Virus record (IMG/VR): IMGVR_UViG_3300009103_000036
Coordinates: 1 to 58,140 of that record
DNA: 58,140 bases
Source of the DNA: a virus
Taxonomy: Duplodnaviria > Caudoviricetes
Reading direction: 5' to 3' (one strand)
Shown here: one piece after another, positions 19,973 to 28,963 of the stretch
How the letters are laid out: each line of letters starts with the position of its first letter
How positions within the stretch are numbered: the first letter of the stretch is position 1
Program-made: the position numbers and the translations under genes
Notes under the pieces: model-generated
What the model saw: only the letters and a program-made list of their open reading frames with translations
The model's database searches: none
What the model was told of the DNA's origin: nothing

Positions 19973-20488
19973 TTAACTTGTCCGTCCTAATAGGTATTCA
20001 CCAATTTTTGCCTGTGACTGTTGTTTAGATGAATTATTGGGATCAAGTAGATGTCCTTCTCCTGTGCCAAATTCTGTCCCAGGATCAGGTGCAACAGGGC
20101 CTTCAGGTAATTTAGCAGGATCAAGATTAACAGATCCTACTATTCGACCGGGGGCAGCAAGTGTAGGTGTGTGAGGACTACTCAAAGTATGATAACCATC
20201 AGGATCACTAACTTCTTCCATTATGGGAGGTGCTGTCTCAGAAGAAACAGGGCCGTTTGGTCCTGCACCATAATCTCGATCAAATAAGCTTAAGCCGTAA
20301 CCATCAGCCACAGATCCATCAAGAAGCATCTGATTTCCGTATGTATTCAAAGTCTCAGCTGCAAGCTCAGGATCCTGATTAAGGACTGGCGATGCAGGAA
20401 ATGATTGCAACAATCGATCAACAGATGTCTGCCTTAAATTTCCATCTTCTGGTAAGGGTTTGGTTGTAATCTGATTCTGTGAAGGCAT
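19973..20488 (-). CDS. Pro/Gly-rich putative minor head protein, paralogue A
   Basis: Aligns end to end with 20506-20979 (MPS..Q, P.SP, RDY, TP.LA.PG, PEGP...DPGTEFG.G.G, IG). Confidence 0.75.
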   Translation of the reverse strand: MPSQNQITTKPLPEDGNLRQTSVDRLLQSFPASPVLNQDPELAAETLNTYGNQMLLDGSVADGYGLSLFDRDYGAGPNGPVSSETAPPIMEEVSDPDGYHTLSSPHTPTLAAPGRIVGSVNLDPAKLPEGPVAPDPGTEFGTGEGHLLDPNNSSKQQSQAKIGEYLLGRTS

Positions 20489-20505
20489 TGGTTGTTACCT
20501 AAAAA

Positions 20506-20979
20506 TCAACTTGTTCCGGGTGCCTTGCCGCTCATTAGGCTCCCAATTGTGTGTGAAGCATGTTGTGCCGAAGTTGTGGACGGCTCATTTGCAGAACCAA
20601 CCCCTGAGCCAAACTCAGTTCCAGGATCTGCTGGTGTTGGTCCTTCAGGCATATCGGCAGCATTCATGCTGCCTTCCCCTGGCGATGCAAGACCGGGTGT
20701 CCATGGTGTAGAGGGTAATCCTCCTGAACCTGTCTCAACGTCAGCAATTGTTGGTGCGTCAGCATAGTCTCGACTCAACTCACCAAAAGTATGTCCACCA
20801 TCATTTACTAACTCGCTTAACAACTCTGAATCACCCATTTCTGTGATTATATCATTTGTTAGCTCACCAGCGTGAATTGGAGAGGTAGGATACGCAGACT
20901 GTAAGTCAGCTGTGGAAGAACTTCCCATTGAACGTTCTGTAGTTACCGGCTCTACTGTTGTTTGCTTATGTGATGGCAT
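20506..20979 (-). CDS. Pro/Gly-rich putative minor head protein, paralogue B
   Basis: SD TAGGAG; paralogous to neighbouring ORF. Confidence 0.75.
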   Translation of the reverse strand: MPSHKQTTVEPVTTERSMGSSSTADLQSAYPTSPIHAGELTNDIITEMGDSELLSELVNDGGHTFGELSRDYADAPTIADVETGSGGLPSTPWTPGLASPGEGSMNAADMPEGPTPADPGTEFGSGVGSANEPSTTSAQHASHTIGSLMSGKAPGTS

Positions 20980-20991
20980 TTTTTAAATCTC

Positions 20992-21363
20992 CTATAGATT
21001 CTTAAGTATTCTCTTCCGAAGATTTACCTTCTTCTCTTTTATCTCATCAAGTGCCTTGCTAAGCTGCCCTTCCTTTATCTTGAGGGACTTCATCCAGTCT
21101 AGGTCTTTTTCTAATGTTCCTGCAAGATCATCAGCGTCAACTTCCTTAGGCTCGCCCGCTAGACTTTTTTGCTTTGCTTCTTCAATTCGCCTCTTTTCAG
21201 AAAGAACAATTTGTCTTAATTTTCCCGGCGTCATCTTGCTAACCTTCTTGCGTTTAGTTCTTCGCTCTTCTTCTAAGCGCTTCTTCTCCTCAAGAATAAT
21301 TTTCTTCAATGTTTTAGATGTTATCTTATTAGAACTTCGTCTTCTCTGTCGCTGTTTCTTCAC
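20992..21363 (-). CDS. Basic putative internal head protein with two K[IM]TxxxLxxI[IV]LxE repeats
   Basis: KITSKTLKKIILEEKKRLEE and KMTPGKLRQIVLSEKRRIEE; likely GTG start at 21363 with GGAGG SD. Confidence 0.7.
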   Translation of the reverse strand: MKKQRQRRRSSNKITSKTLKKIILEEKKRLEEERRTKRKKVSKMTPGKLRQIVLSEKRRIEEAKQKSLAGEPKEVDADDLAGTLEKDLDWMKSLKIKEGQLSKALDEIKEKKVNLRKRILKNL

Positions 21364-21453
21364 TTGACTTTCCTCCACAAAAGTAGAATACAAAAATAAT
21401 TATTCTTTTATGGAAACATTTTCAAATCAATATTAAATTATCGATCTTTTTCT

Positions 21454-21978
21454 TTAAATAATTTTCTTAGAAGCATCGATAGGCGACGCAAAAGCTAGGT
21501 CAGCCCATTTTCCCGCATTTCCAAATAACCCTGAAATATCATCAGTATCTGCTATGGTTCTTGCAGCATGATCTAACCCTTGCTTTTGTTGCATCGCTGT
21601 GGCTACCATTGGCGACGCACCCTCAGACGACAGCTGTTCCTGCAAAGTCGTCCTCGCTGTATCTTTAAACAACTCTGCCATGATAGGATCATCTGTTAAT
21701 GCACTTGTCACATTATTAACAGCGGTATCAAACTGTTCATTTACTTGACGACTATTTCGTGACTTTTGCGTACCATAAGAAATTGAGTCAAGAGAAGGAT
21801 GAGCATTTTTGATTCGTGATCGCTTTCTTTGAGAATTTTTTCTCGATGAACCCTCATTAACAGCGTATCTCATCGCCTGAGGTTCACTGGGTACAGAACC
21901 TCGAATTCCTTCATCAAGAATCTCGATTAAGCACTCCTTAACAATTTCTTTAAGATCAGTTCTCGTCAATTTTGCCAT
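21454..21978 (-). CDS. Putative internal head protein
   Basis: N-terminus MAKLTRTDLKEIVKECLIEILDEG carries the same motif; located in head cluster. Confidence 0.7.
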   Translation of the reverse strand: MAKLTRTDLKEIVKECLIEILDEGIRGSVPSEPQAMRYAVNEGSSRKNSQRKRSRIKNAHPSLDSISYGTQKSRNSRQVNEQFDTAVNNVTSALTDDPIMAELFKDTARTTLQEQLSSEGASPMVATAMQQKQGLDHAARTIADTDDISGLFGNAGKWADLAFASPIDASKKII

Positions 21979-21992
21979 TTTTCAGCCTATTT

Positions 21993-22397
21993 TTATCCCA
22001 CGCCCTTGAAGTTGCTAGAGCCAGTCAAAACTGGGAATTGATCTGTATAGATTCCCGTTAATCCTGCAATAATGCTAAAGCCACAATTTACTGATCCCGC
22101 ACGTCGGAACCACATCTCTTTACATCTCAGCTCTAATCGATCAGTTGTTTGATTACCTGAAAGCACAAGATAATTTGCTGTAACAGATGCATCAACACCG
22201 TGTTTAGTAAAACCTACTCTCATCGGGCTTGTTGAAAGATTGTGAATAACAACCCAACGTGTCACCCGTGGAAATTTATGACAAACTGCCGTTGCAGTTA
22301 CCTCATTTCCTAACGAAGAAGTTACATAAGGCACACCTGCCAATTGATACGAGGCTACGTCATTTGCGCCTGCTGATCTTACATGTTTAAGCGCCAT
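21993..22397 (-). CDS. Small beta-rich putative virion protein
   Basis: 134 aa, alternating beta-strand pattern, VTSS/LSGN/LTGS motifs; overlaps end of protease gene. Confidence 0.65.
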   Translation of the reverse strand: MALKHVRSAGANDVASYQLAGVPYVTSSLGNEVTATAVCHKFPRVTRWVVIHNLSTSPMRVGFTKHGVDASVTANYLVLSGNQTTDRLELRCKEMWFRRAGSVNCGFSIIAGLTGIYTDQFPVLTGSSNFKGVG

Positions 22398-23028
22398 CGC
22401 TGTCTTCCTCCCACCTCAAAATATCATTAAAAATTCTATCAAGGCGATCTGTCTTGTTAAAGTATTGATCTAAATCTGTCTTATCCACAAGAATTTCCCT
22501 TCCTTCGCGTCCCTCTCTCATTACAAACGCCCCGGGTGTTGAAGGCTCTGAAACAAAGTCCCAGCAGATCAGTTGAAAATCATCCTGAACAACCTGGTAC
22601 TCTCCGTCTCTCTTTGTTGATCCTACGCCTCGCGATGAAATTCCTAACTTGACATTTGACTCAACTAAGCTCTGCAATAATTTTCCACAGGGAGTGTCAA
22701 GAAGCTCAACAGTTCCGTGAACAACGTTCCCTTCAAGATAAGCTTCCCTAATAATATGAGATACATTCTTTAGCTCAACAACAGATGATTCTGGGTGATC
22801 ACACTCACCTAGCGCTCGATTTTCTCGAATAAACTTCTGATAATTAGTAACTTCTCTTTCAAGAATTGGAAGAGGGTATACACGACCGTTCTGATTGACG
22901 GTTTCTGCTTTTTGTAAGACTCCCTTGAGAATGACCTTTCCCCCGTTCTTTTCACGAGATTCCTTGATCATGTCAGCATTATAGTCAAATTGAGCAAACT
23001 CAGTTAATAAATGAAGCTTTTCACTCAT
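22387..23028 (-). CDS. gp21: Prohead core protease (T4 gp21 family)
   Basis: NQNGRVYP, LGECDHP (His), VSHII, LDTP.G, LGISSRG.GS (Ser), DFVSEPSTPGA. Confidence 0.95.
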   Translation of the reverse strand: MSEKLHLLTEFAQFDYNADMIKESREKNGGKVILKGVLQKAETVNQNGRVYPLPILEREVTNYQKFIRENRALGECDHPESSVVELKNVSHIIREAYLEGNVVHGTVELLDTPCGKLLQSLVESNVKLGISSRGVGSTKRDGEYQVVQDDFQLICWDFVSEPSTPGAFVMREGREGREILVDKTDLDQYFNKTDRLDRIFNDILRWEEDSDGA

Positions 23029-23870
23029 TTTTCTGCCTCCAGTTCATTTTTAAGTTGAGACAAAACTAAAAATCTTTTAATTGTCGACTCATCAATAACC
23101 TCAAGTGTCTCCTTTGAGATTCTATTTTTAACATCATCAATCTTTTCAATTAAAGTTTGATTATCACAATCATCTGCATACCCTCTCAGGCTAAGCAGTG
23201 TATTTGCCTTTAAGGCCTCTAATCTTTCACGAAGAATCCCGCTTTTATCTTCACCGCTAAAAACAAAGTGTTGCACAATTTCCTTTTGATCGGTGCTAAG
23301 AGAATGGTTAAACTTCTTATTTAATTTTTCCATCATTATTTTTATGACTAGGTCATCTACTTGAGGTTGCCCATCTTCAAAAAGATTTACCTTTTCCTTG
23401 TCAGTTATCAGCCACTTAGAAATCTTATCCTCATAGTCGGCAACCCGTCGTAAATCAGCATTCATTCCAGATCTCCAGTCATTTAAAAGAGTCTGAATAG
23501 TTGCATAAATTCGATATTCACTAATTCTATGTTGGTAAAATTCTGAATCATTTACCTGATAATTGATATCACGAATTAGCGCAGACTTTTCCTTGTCAAG
23601 CTTCTTAATGTTGCAAGATCTTGCAGCTTGCTTAGCCTCAGATAAAATTGAAGATGCAACCCCAGAAGAGCTAACAGTCGCTCTGGCAAGCGCGCTAAAC
23701 AATCGAAATTCTTTATATAGTTCTGTATCTGGTTGAAAGTGCTTCTTAAGAATCTTTATAGCTGCTTTGCTTCGCTTTTTATCATTTTCAACTAAACACT
23801 TTGAAATATGACAAACTAAAAGCTCATAGATCACACCGACATTTCTCTTTTTGTTGTGTGTTTTAGGCAT
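23025..23870 (-). CDS. Hypothetical helical protein between portal and protease
   Basis: 281-aa ORF overlapping both neighbours; begins KTHNKKRNVGVIYELL. Confidence 0.75.
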   Translation of the reverse strand: MPKTHNKKRNVGVIYELLVCHISKCLVENDKKRSKAAIKILKKHFQPDTELYKEFRLFSALARATVSSSGVASSILSEAKQAARSCNIKKLDKEKSALIRDINYQVNDSEFYQHRISEYRIYATIQTLLNDWRSGMNADLRRVADYEDKISKWLITDKEKVNLFEDGQPQVDDLVIKIMMEKLNKKFNHSLSTDQKEIVQHFVFSGEDKSGILRERLEALKANTLLSLRGYADDCDNQTLIEKIDDVKNRISKETLEVIDESTIKRFLVLSQLKNELEAEK

Positions 23871-25917
23871 CCTTATCTTCCTCTAGATCACCAGTAAAAA
23901 GCTCGGTCTCTGTTAAAATATTAGTGTCTGTATTACCTATCTTATTTCCAAGGTTTTTTAGGATTGACTGCATCTCAGAGTCCATCTTAACAGTCTGGCG
24001 AATCTTGTCATCCCAAAGCTCAGATAAAACATCTGTCTTATTCGAATTTGGTTTTACCCCGTCGTCGAGCTTTCCAGCATTCCACAGCTCTTTGTCTGGG
24101 GAATTTCTAGAGAACCTTTTCATTCCAGTGGGATCAAACATCGCACCTTGTTTATCCTTAAAGGGATTTGACATATCTGCTAAATCAGGCATGTGAGTGA
24201 TACTTCTTTTCATTCCTTTTCGGGCTTTCTTTTGGCCAGATACTTTTTCTGAAGGTTTTATCAATTCTAGATCTATCATAAACTCTTCTTCATCTTCTTC
24301 AGATTCTCCCTCATCGTTATCATCATTGTCGGCAATTATTCCTTGTTTAGACGGATTTTTAATGTGTGCTGCAAATAGCCCACCTTCTTCCTCCCCTCCT
24401 GCTTCTTCTTCACCGCCAGCCTCACCGCCAGCCTCACCGCCAGCTTCTTCACCGCCACCGAATAGTCCGCCCTCTTCTTCAGCACCAAACTCTCCTTCAG
24501 CACCTTCCTCTTCAGCTGCTGGCAATTTAACTGCCTCAACCTTGAGGTCATTTTCCTTGTCCATTAGACGACCAAGATCAAGATCTTCAATCTCCTTGTC
24601 AGTAAACTTCATAATATTCTTTCGAAGCCAAGCCCGATCAACAAGACCCTCAGGCGCTCCCCCTGCAATCTCAAATTTGCTTCGAATTAATTCTAACTTT
24701 TGCTGCTGAGCAATTGTGCTTGGATTTGAAAGCCTTAGTTCAAAATCAATAAGATCATCTCCACGATATCCACTAACGTATAGGTGAACAACAGCTAGTT
24801 TATTTAACTCAGAGATTACAGTTCTTTGAATCTTTGCAATCGTTCTTGAAAATCGAATATCTTCTTGCGCCAATGTTGCCTTAGATGAAAGCATTTCATC
24901 ATAGCCCAAATAAGCCTTTGGAACCTTCAGGGCAGCAAAAAGCTTTTTCTGAATATATTCCACATCATCTACATCGCCAGTATTGGTGCCTCCAGCAAGT
25001 GTATCAATTCTTGTTCCTGACTCTCCGCCTCTAACGGGAAGAAAATAATCCTCATCAACACTTAGCGGATTATAGCGAAGATCAACGCGCCCAGTTGTTT
25101 TATCAACAACCTGACTTCTCTTTAAAATTGTCTGGACCTGCTCCATATAATTTCCAACCTCTTCAGAGGGCACATTTCCTACATCAATATAAAATACCCT
25201 TCTCTCTGGAGATCGAATCACCCTATAAACTAGCATAGCATCTTCAATAAGAATTAACTGTCTCCAAATTCTTCTAGCTGCCTCTAAAATAGAAGATCCA
25301 TACGGTAAAAATGCATCATTTCCCAAAAGTCTAATATGGGTCATTTGCCAATTTTCAAGGACTTGATTTCCCTGTGTTACCCATCGATAACGAACTGCCA
25401 TGGGATCTTCTGGATCAAATCCTTCTTCTCTCTCAACTTCGTTAACTGGAATGGGATAAACATTTATCACACCCACATCAGGATCAACATCATTAAACAA
25501 AAAGAAGTCGCCATATTTACAAAGGCTTCTGACCCAAGAAGTTAAATTGAATTCAACATTTAAAATATCATAAAACATCTCGTCTAAAAGAGACTGAATC
25601 TTAGGATTTTCTGAATGAATATGGAGAACCTTTCCTTCCTCATCAGCAGAAACTGTCTCTTCAGAATAAATGTCCAAAGCGCTAGAAATCTCAGGAGTGT
25701 ATTCCATCTCGCTAAAGTCAGAATATCTTGCCATTCTGTCATATGAACCATATGCAGACATTGCATGGCTGTATACACCACTCTGAGCCCGCTTAAACAC
25801 GTCAAAAGCAGTACTCTTAGACTTAGTCTTGTAAGGCTTTACCTTCCTGTTTATTATTGGGCCGCTTCTAAAAAGCTGTGTTAATTTCTTAAAAAGTTTT
25901 TCGTCGTTATTAGCCAT
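23863..25917 (-). CDS. gp20: Portal protein (T4 gp20 family) with long acidic C-terminal extension
   Basis: PEISSALDIY, KYGDFF, EDAMLVYR..R.PERRVFYIDVGN, EDYFLPVRG, IDTL.GG, YIQKKLFAALKVP. Confidence 0.95.
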   Translation of the reverse strand: MANNDEKLFKKLTQLFRSGPIINRKVKPYKTKSKSTAFDVFKRAQSGVYSHAMSAYGSYDRMARYSDFSEMEYTPEISSALDIYSEETVSADEEGKVLHIHSENPKIQSLLDEMFYDILNVEFNLTSWVRSLCKYGDFFLFNDVDPDVGVINVYPIPVNEVEREEGFDPEDPMAVRYRWVTQGNQVLENWQMTHIRLLGNDAFLPYGSSILEAARRIWRQLILIEDAMLVYRVIRSPERRVFYIDVGNVPSEEVGNYMEQVQTILKRSQVVDKTTGRVDLRYNPLSVDEDYFLPVRGGESGTRIDTLAGGTNTGDVDDVEYIQKKLFAALKVPKAYLGYDEMLSSKATLAQEDIRFSRTIAKIQRTVISELNKLAVVHLYVSGYRGDDLIDFELRLSNPSTIAQQQKLELIRSKFEIAGGAPEGLVDRAWLRKNIMKFTDKEIEDLDLGRLMDKENDLKVEAVKLPAAEEEGAEGEFGAEEEGGLFGGGEEAGGEAGGEAGGEEEAGGEEEGGLFAAHIKNPSKQGIIADNDDNDEGESEEDEEEFMIDLELIKPSEKVSGQKKARKGMKRSITHMPDLADMSNPFKDKQGAMFDPTGMKRFSRNSPDKELWNAGKLDDGVKPNSNKTDVLSELWDDKIRQTVKMDSEMQSILKNLGNKIGNTDTNILTETELFTGDLEEDKDA
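24410..24445. repeat. 12-bp tandem repeat TCACCGCCAGC(C/T) x3 encoding AGGE repeats in portal tail
   Basis: Direct inspection. Confidence 0.8.
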
Positions 25918-25956
25918 GATCCCTTCACATCTGTATTAAACGTCTGTATTTATGGG

Positions 25957-27570
25957 TTACAACAGCCACTTAAAATCGGCTGGTATCTTTTTTGAATCCC
26001 TTCTTTTATCTACTTCTTTGTCAAACATATCTTCCGAGGCTATAATGGGCACAAAAGGATTCAAATTGTCAGTTATGTGACCCGTCATATTTTTATCATC
26101 ATATTGGCTTCGAGTAAAACTCATTGCCTTTAACATTTCAGCGTTAATTTTCATAGCATCTTTATTATACTCGGGAGATGTATCATAAAGCCACATTCCA
26201 ATTGCCAAGCTAATCACCAAATCATCATTATAACCTTTCATCGCTTGAGGCTTATTCCCTTTCCAAATAAAGGTTTTTAGCTCATCATACGTCCGAGAAG
26301 AATAAATCTTGACCATTTTGTTTCTTAAAACTTCTTCAAGTTTTGTCAAAATTTGTGTTCTTGATTTTCGCTGTGTATCAAATCCTGCCTTTTCTGTGTC
26401 ATGTTCAGGAATGAAGCCACCCAAATAAACACCTTTTCTCTGTCGATAATAAAGCCTGGGATACTTTAACTCTTTTAATTTTAGTATCGTTGCATATCCA
26501 AAAGAATTATTTTCAGGAATCATTACGGCATTATTATATTTTAATCCCCATTCATTTAAAAGATCACCAAATCTATCGGGCGGTATTTTCCCCTTATACT
26601 CAGCTACAATTTCAGCAGTATTGGTATCAATAATATGAAATGTAGAAAAGTCTTTTCCATCTCCTCTCGCAACATCAGCTGAAATAATGTACTGATGTTC
26701 AGTTAATGATGTTTCCCAAATCCACACATTTCTCTCTGGGCCCTCTCTAAATTTTGGTGACTTAATTAAATTGTTGACCCAGGCAATATCTTGATTAGAT
26801 AAAAAGGTGTCACCAGATGTGGCAAAATCGCACATCAGCTCTTGTGCAATCTGCCTTGGAGACATATTTTTTGTCTCTTTCTCAAACCACGATTCATCTC
26901 TCTCTGGATGAACAGACCATGGCAAGTTAATTGCATTAAACTCGTTTTGACCTTGTTCTGCATCTGTATAAAGTTTGTGATACTGTCCACCAACACCGTT
27001 TGGTGTAGATAAAATTACAGCTCGACCACCTGTGGACAGTGTGGGATATAGGCCCATCCAAAGCTCATCAAAGTTACGAACGAATGCAGCCTCATCAACA
27101 ATCAAAAGAGACAGAGCTTCTGAGCGTCCGGCATCATCAGAAGTAGGAATTGCTTTTATTGTTGAGCCATGATCAAATTCAATCATCTGCTTGTTGTTGG
27201 CCACCACATTTGGTAGAACTAACCACTTTGGAAGATTCTTAATTAAAACCTTAACCTTTTTAATAAAATTTTGTGCAACAGCAAGCTTTGTTGCAATGAT
27301 AAGAACATTTTTATCTCTTTGATATAATACCAACCAAGTTGCATACGCAGCTGTTAGTGTTGACATTCCCAGCTGTCGTGCCTTTACAACAACATTAAAC
27401 CTATTATCTAAAAAATCTTGGACACAGTCATTTTGAAAATCGTAGGTATTAAACGGAATAAGACCTCTAGTGGGATGCTGAATCTTAACATATTTGTTAA
27501 AGAAGTACTGCGGATTCTTTCCGCACTTAATAATCTCTTCTACCTGTCGCTTTTTCGACAAAGATGACAT
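25957..27570 (-). CDS. gp17: Terminase large subunit (T4 gp17-like)
   Basis: YDFQ, KARQLGMST (Walker A variant), IVDEAAF (Walker B), STPNG, nuclease ADVARGDG.DFS, ENN, DDLVISLAI; start moved to ATG 27570. Confidence 0.95.
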   Translation of the reverse strand: MSSLSKKRQVEEIIKCGKNPQYFFNKYVKIQHPTRGLIPFNTYDFQNDCVQDFLDNRFNVVVKARQLGMSTLTAAYATWLVLYQRDKNVLIIATKLAVAQNFIKKVKVLIKNLPKWLVLPNVVANNKQMIEFDHGSTIKAIPTSDDAGRSEALSLLIVDEAAFVRNFDELWMGLYPTLSTGGRAVILSTPNGVGGQYHKLYTDAEQGQNEFNAINLPWSVHPERDESWFEKETKNMSPRQIAQELMCDFATSGDTFLSNQDIAWVNNLIKSPKFREGPERNVWIWETSLTEHQYIISADVARGDGKDFSTFHIIDTNTAEIVAEYKGKIPPDRFGDLLNEWGLKYNNAVMIPENNSFGYATILKLKELKYPRLYYRQRKGVYLGGFIPEHDTEKAGFDTQRKSRTQILTKLEEVLRNKMVKIYSSRTYDELKTFIWKGNKPQAMKGYNDDLVISLAIGMWLYDTSPEYNKDAMKINAEMLKAMSFTRSQYDDKNMTGHITDNLNPFVPIIASEDMFDKEVDKRRDSKKIPADFKWLL

Positions 27571-27571
27571 T

Positions 27572-27964
27572 TCAAGAAACTTCCAAAATTGACTTTCGAC
27601 GATAATACGCTGTTTTTCTCGGATTGTGTGGAGATGTATTAATAATCTCAATACTATCATTAGTGCTTAACTCTTTAACCTTTAAAGAACGACCAGCATT
27701 TTCTTTAAACTTAGACTTCATTCTCTTAATAGCATCTTTAGTCACTTGAACAGATTCATTTTCAAATGCAGCTTTTTGTTCTCTTAAGCCAAATTCTGAT
27801 GCAAAAGTCACAACACACGTATAGTCAACTGTCACTCGATTTTCTCCAACCAGTCTGCACTTAACGATATGCGTTGGTGATCTATTAGTTGCATTTGTAG
27901 TAGATCTTCCCCACGTATCATCAAATATTTGTCCCAAAACATTGGTTTCTTGAATTGATAGCAT
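27572..27964 (-). CDS. Hypothetical protein immediately upstream of TerL
   Basis: 130-aa ORF with GGGAG SD; stop abuts TerL start. Confidence 0.7.
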   Translation of the reverse strand: MLSIQETNVLGQIFDDTWGRSTTNATNRSPTHIVKCRLVGENRVTVDYTCVVTFASEFGLREQKAAFENESVQVTKDAIKRMKSKFKENAGRSLKVKELSTNDSIEIINTSPHNPRKTAYYRRKSILEVS

Positions 27965-28006
27965 TATATCTCTCTCCCAATAAGCACTTATAATTATGTT
28001 CTAAAC

Positions 28007-28309
28007 TCAAAACGTTATGTTTAACGGTCGCTTTAATCTCTTAGAAATCTCTATAGAAATCTCATCTTTTGATGGTCGCCACCTTTCTTCTATCCATTTT
28101 ATCCTATTCGATTCTGCCCACTTTAAAGCACACTTAAAACAACATTGATATTTTTGATAGTGGTGAGTATCACTAAAGCTAGACATTAAAAATTTACAGA
28201 CTGGACAAAAAATTGGAACGCTAGGGCGCAACGAACAAGGCGCTATAATATCAAATCCCCTAGAGGACCGCTTAGTTTTTCGATCTCTGCTTAACTGTTT
28301 CCAGGTCAT
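28007..28309 (-). CDS. Hypothetical zinc-finger protein (CPVC...CCFKC)
   Basis: 100-aa ORF with Cys pairs and WRP motif. Confidence 0.7.
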   Translation of the reverse strand: MTWKQLSRDRKTKRSSRGFDIIAPCSLRPSVPIFCPVCKFLMSSFSDTHHYQKYQCCFKCALKWAESNRIKWIEERWRPSKDEISIEISKRLKRPLNITF

Positions 28310-28336
28310 ATTAAAATTATAAATAAAATGACGTAT

Positions 28337-28368
28337 AAAATAAAACAGGACCCACGATGTGGGTCCTG
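28337..28368 (-). terminator. Rho-independent terminator
   Basis: CAGGACCCAC-ATC-GTGGGTCCTG 10-bp stem followed by TTTTATTTT on minus strand. Confidence 0.85.
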
Positions 28369-28399
28369 CTATAAAATAAAAATTAACAGATTTTAAATC

Positions 28400-28888
28400 T
28401 TAGGTTCCTGCGTAAGTCATGGTTCCTGAACAGTTTAAGACAAGCCAATTGAACCCATCAGAGACCATGTGTACCGAAGTGTTAGCAACGGCCGGAAAGG
28501 TCAATTTTGAACCCTGGTCAACTGATGATAAGCCTGCTGCAGAGTATACCGGCCCTGAAATCACCTGATGTCCATTTGCCTCCTGAGAACCAGTTAGGAT
28601 GAAAGCGTGCGCTGAAACATTTCTAAAGGTTAATGCACCACCTCCCATTGCACTTGCCTTTGGAAGTGTTACAGTAAAAGCTGCACCACCTGAAAGTGGA
28701 TAGAATCCTGAATGGTTGATCTTTGTTGCGCTTGAACAAGACACAGCTGTAAGCGCCACGTGCATCTTATTTACTGTACCCGAAACAGTTAATGTGCTAC
28801 GAATCGTTACATCACTGCTCTTAATTTCTACACCCGACCCCTTCTTTTGGGTCAAGCCTTTAGCATCTGACATTGTTACCTTTGGCAT
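28400..28888 (-). CDS. Putative virion decoration/fibre-like beta protein in its own transcription unit
   Basis: 162 aa, small-residue rich; FTVTLP...G..LTFRN...SVHMVSDGFNWLV knob-like C-terminus; own SD and terminator. Confidence 0.7.
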   Translation of the reverse strand: MPKVTMSDAKGLTQKKGSGVEIKSSDVTIRSTLTVSGTVNKMHVALTAVSCSSATKINHSGFYPLSGGAAFTVTLPKASAMGGGALTFRNVSAHAFILTGSQEANGHQVISGPVYSAAGLSSVDQGSKLTFPAVANTSVHMVSDGFNWLVLNCSGTMTYAGT

Positions 28889-28963
28889 AATCTTAGTCTC
28901 CCTTTGTCCGCATGGTTCCGAACCGCTGGCGGGGTCAGCTGATTAAAGGGTTCGGGCCTACCA
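28889..28963 (-). ncRNA. Candidate structured cis-regulatory RNA leader
   Basis: GC-rich island with stems UGGU/ACCA, CCGAACC/GGUUCGG, GCUG/CAGC and possible pseudoknots CCGC/GCGG and CCCUUU/AAAGGG (overlaps SD). Confidence 0.5.

Noticed and set aside
27355-27390. Inactive terminase because Walker A reads RQLGMS rather than RQLGKT
   Set aside because: KxRQxG(hydrophobic)S with an upstream Lys is a common variant in this terminase family; Walker B, motif III and nuclease acidic residues are intact
27572-27964. Terminase small subunit
   Set aside because: Position fits, but I see no TerS-like helical or HTH pattern; left as hypothetical
28889-28963. Firm call as a known riboswitch, tRNA or HDV/theta ribozyme
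   Set aside because: No cloverleaf, and key HDV positions deviate; kept only as an unclassified candidate
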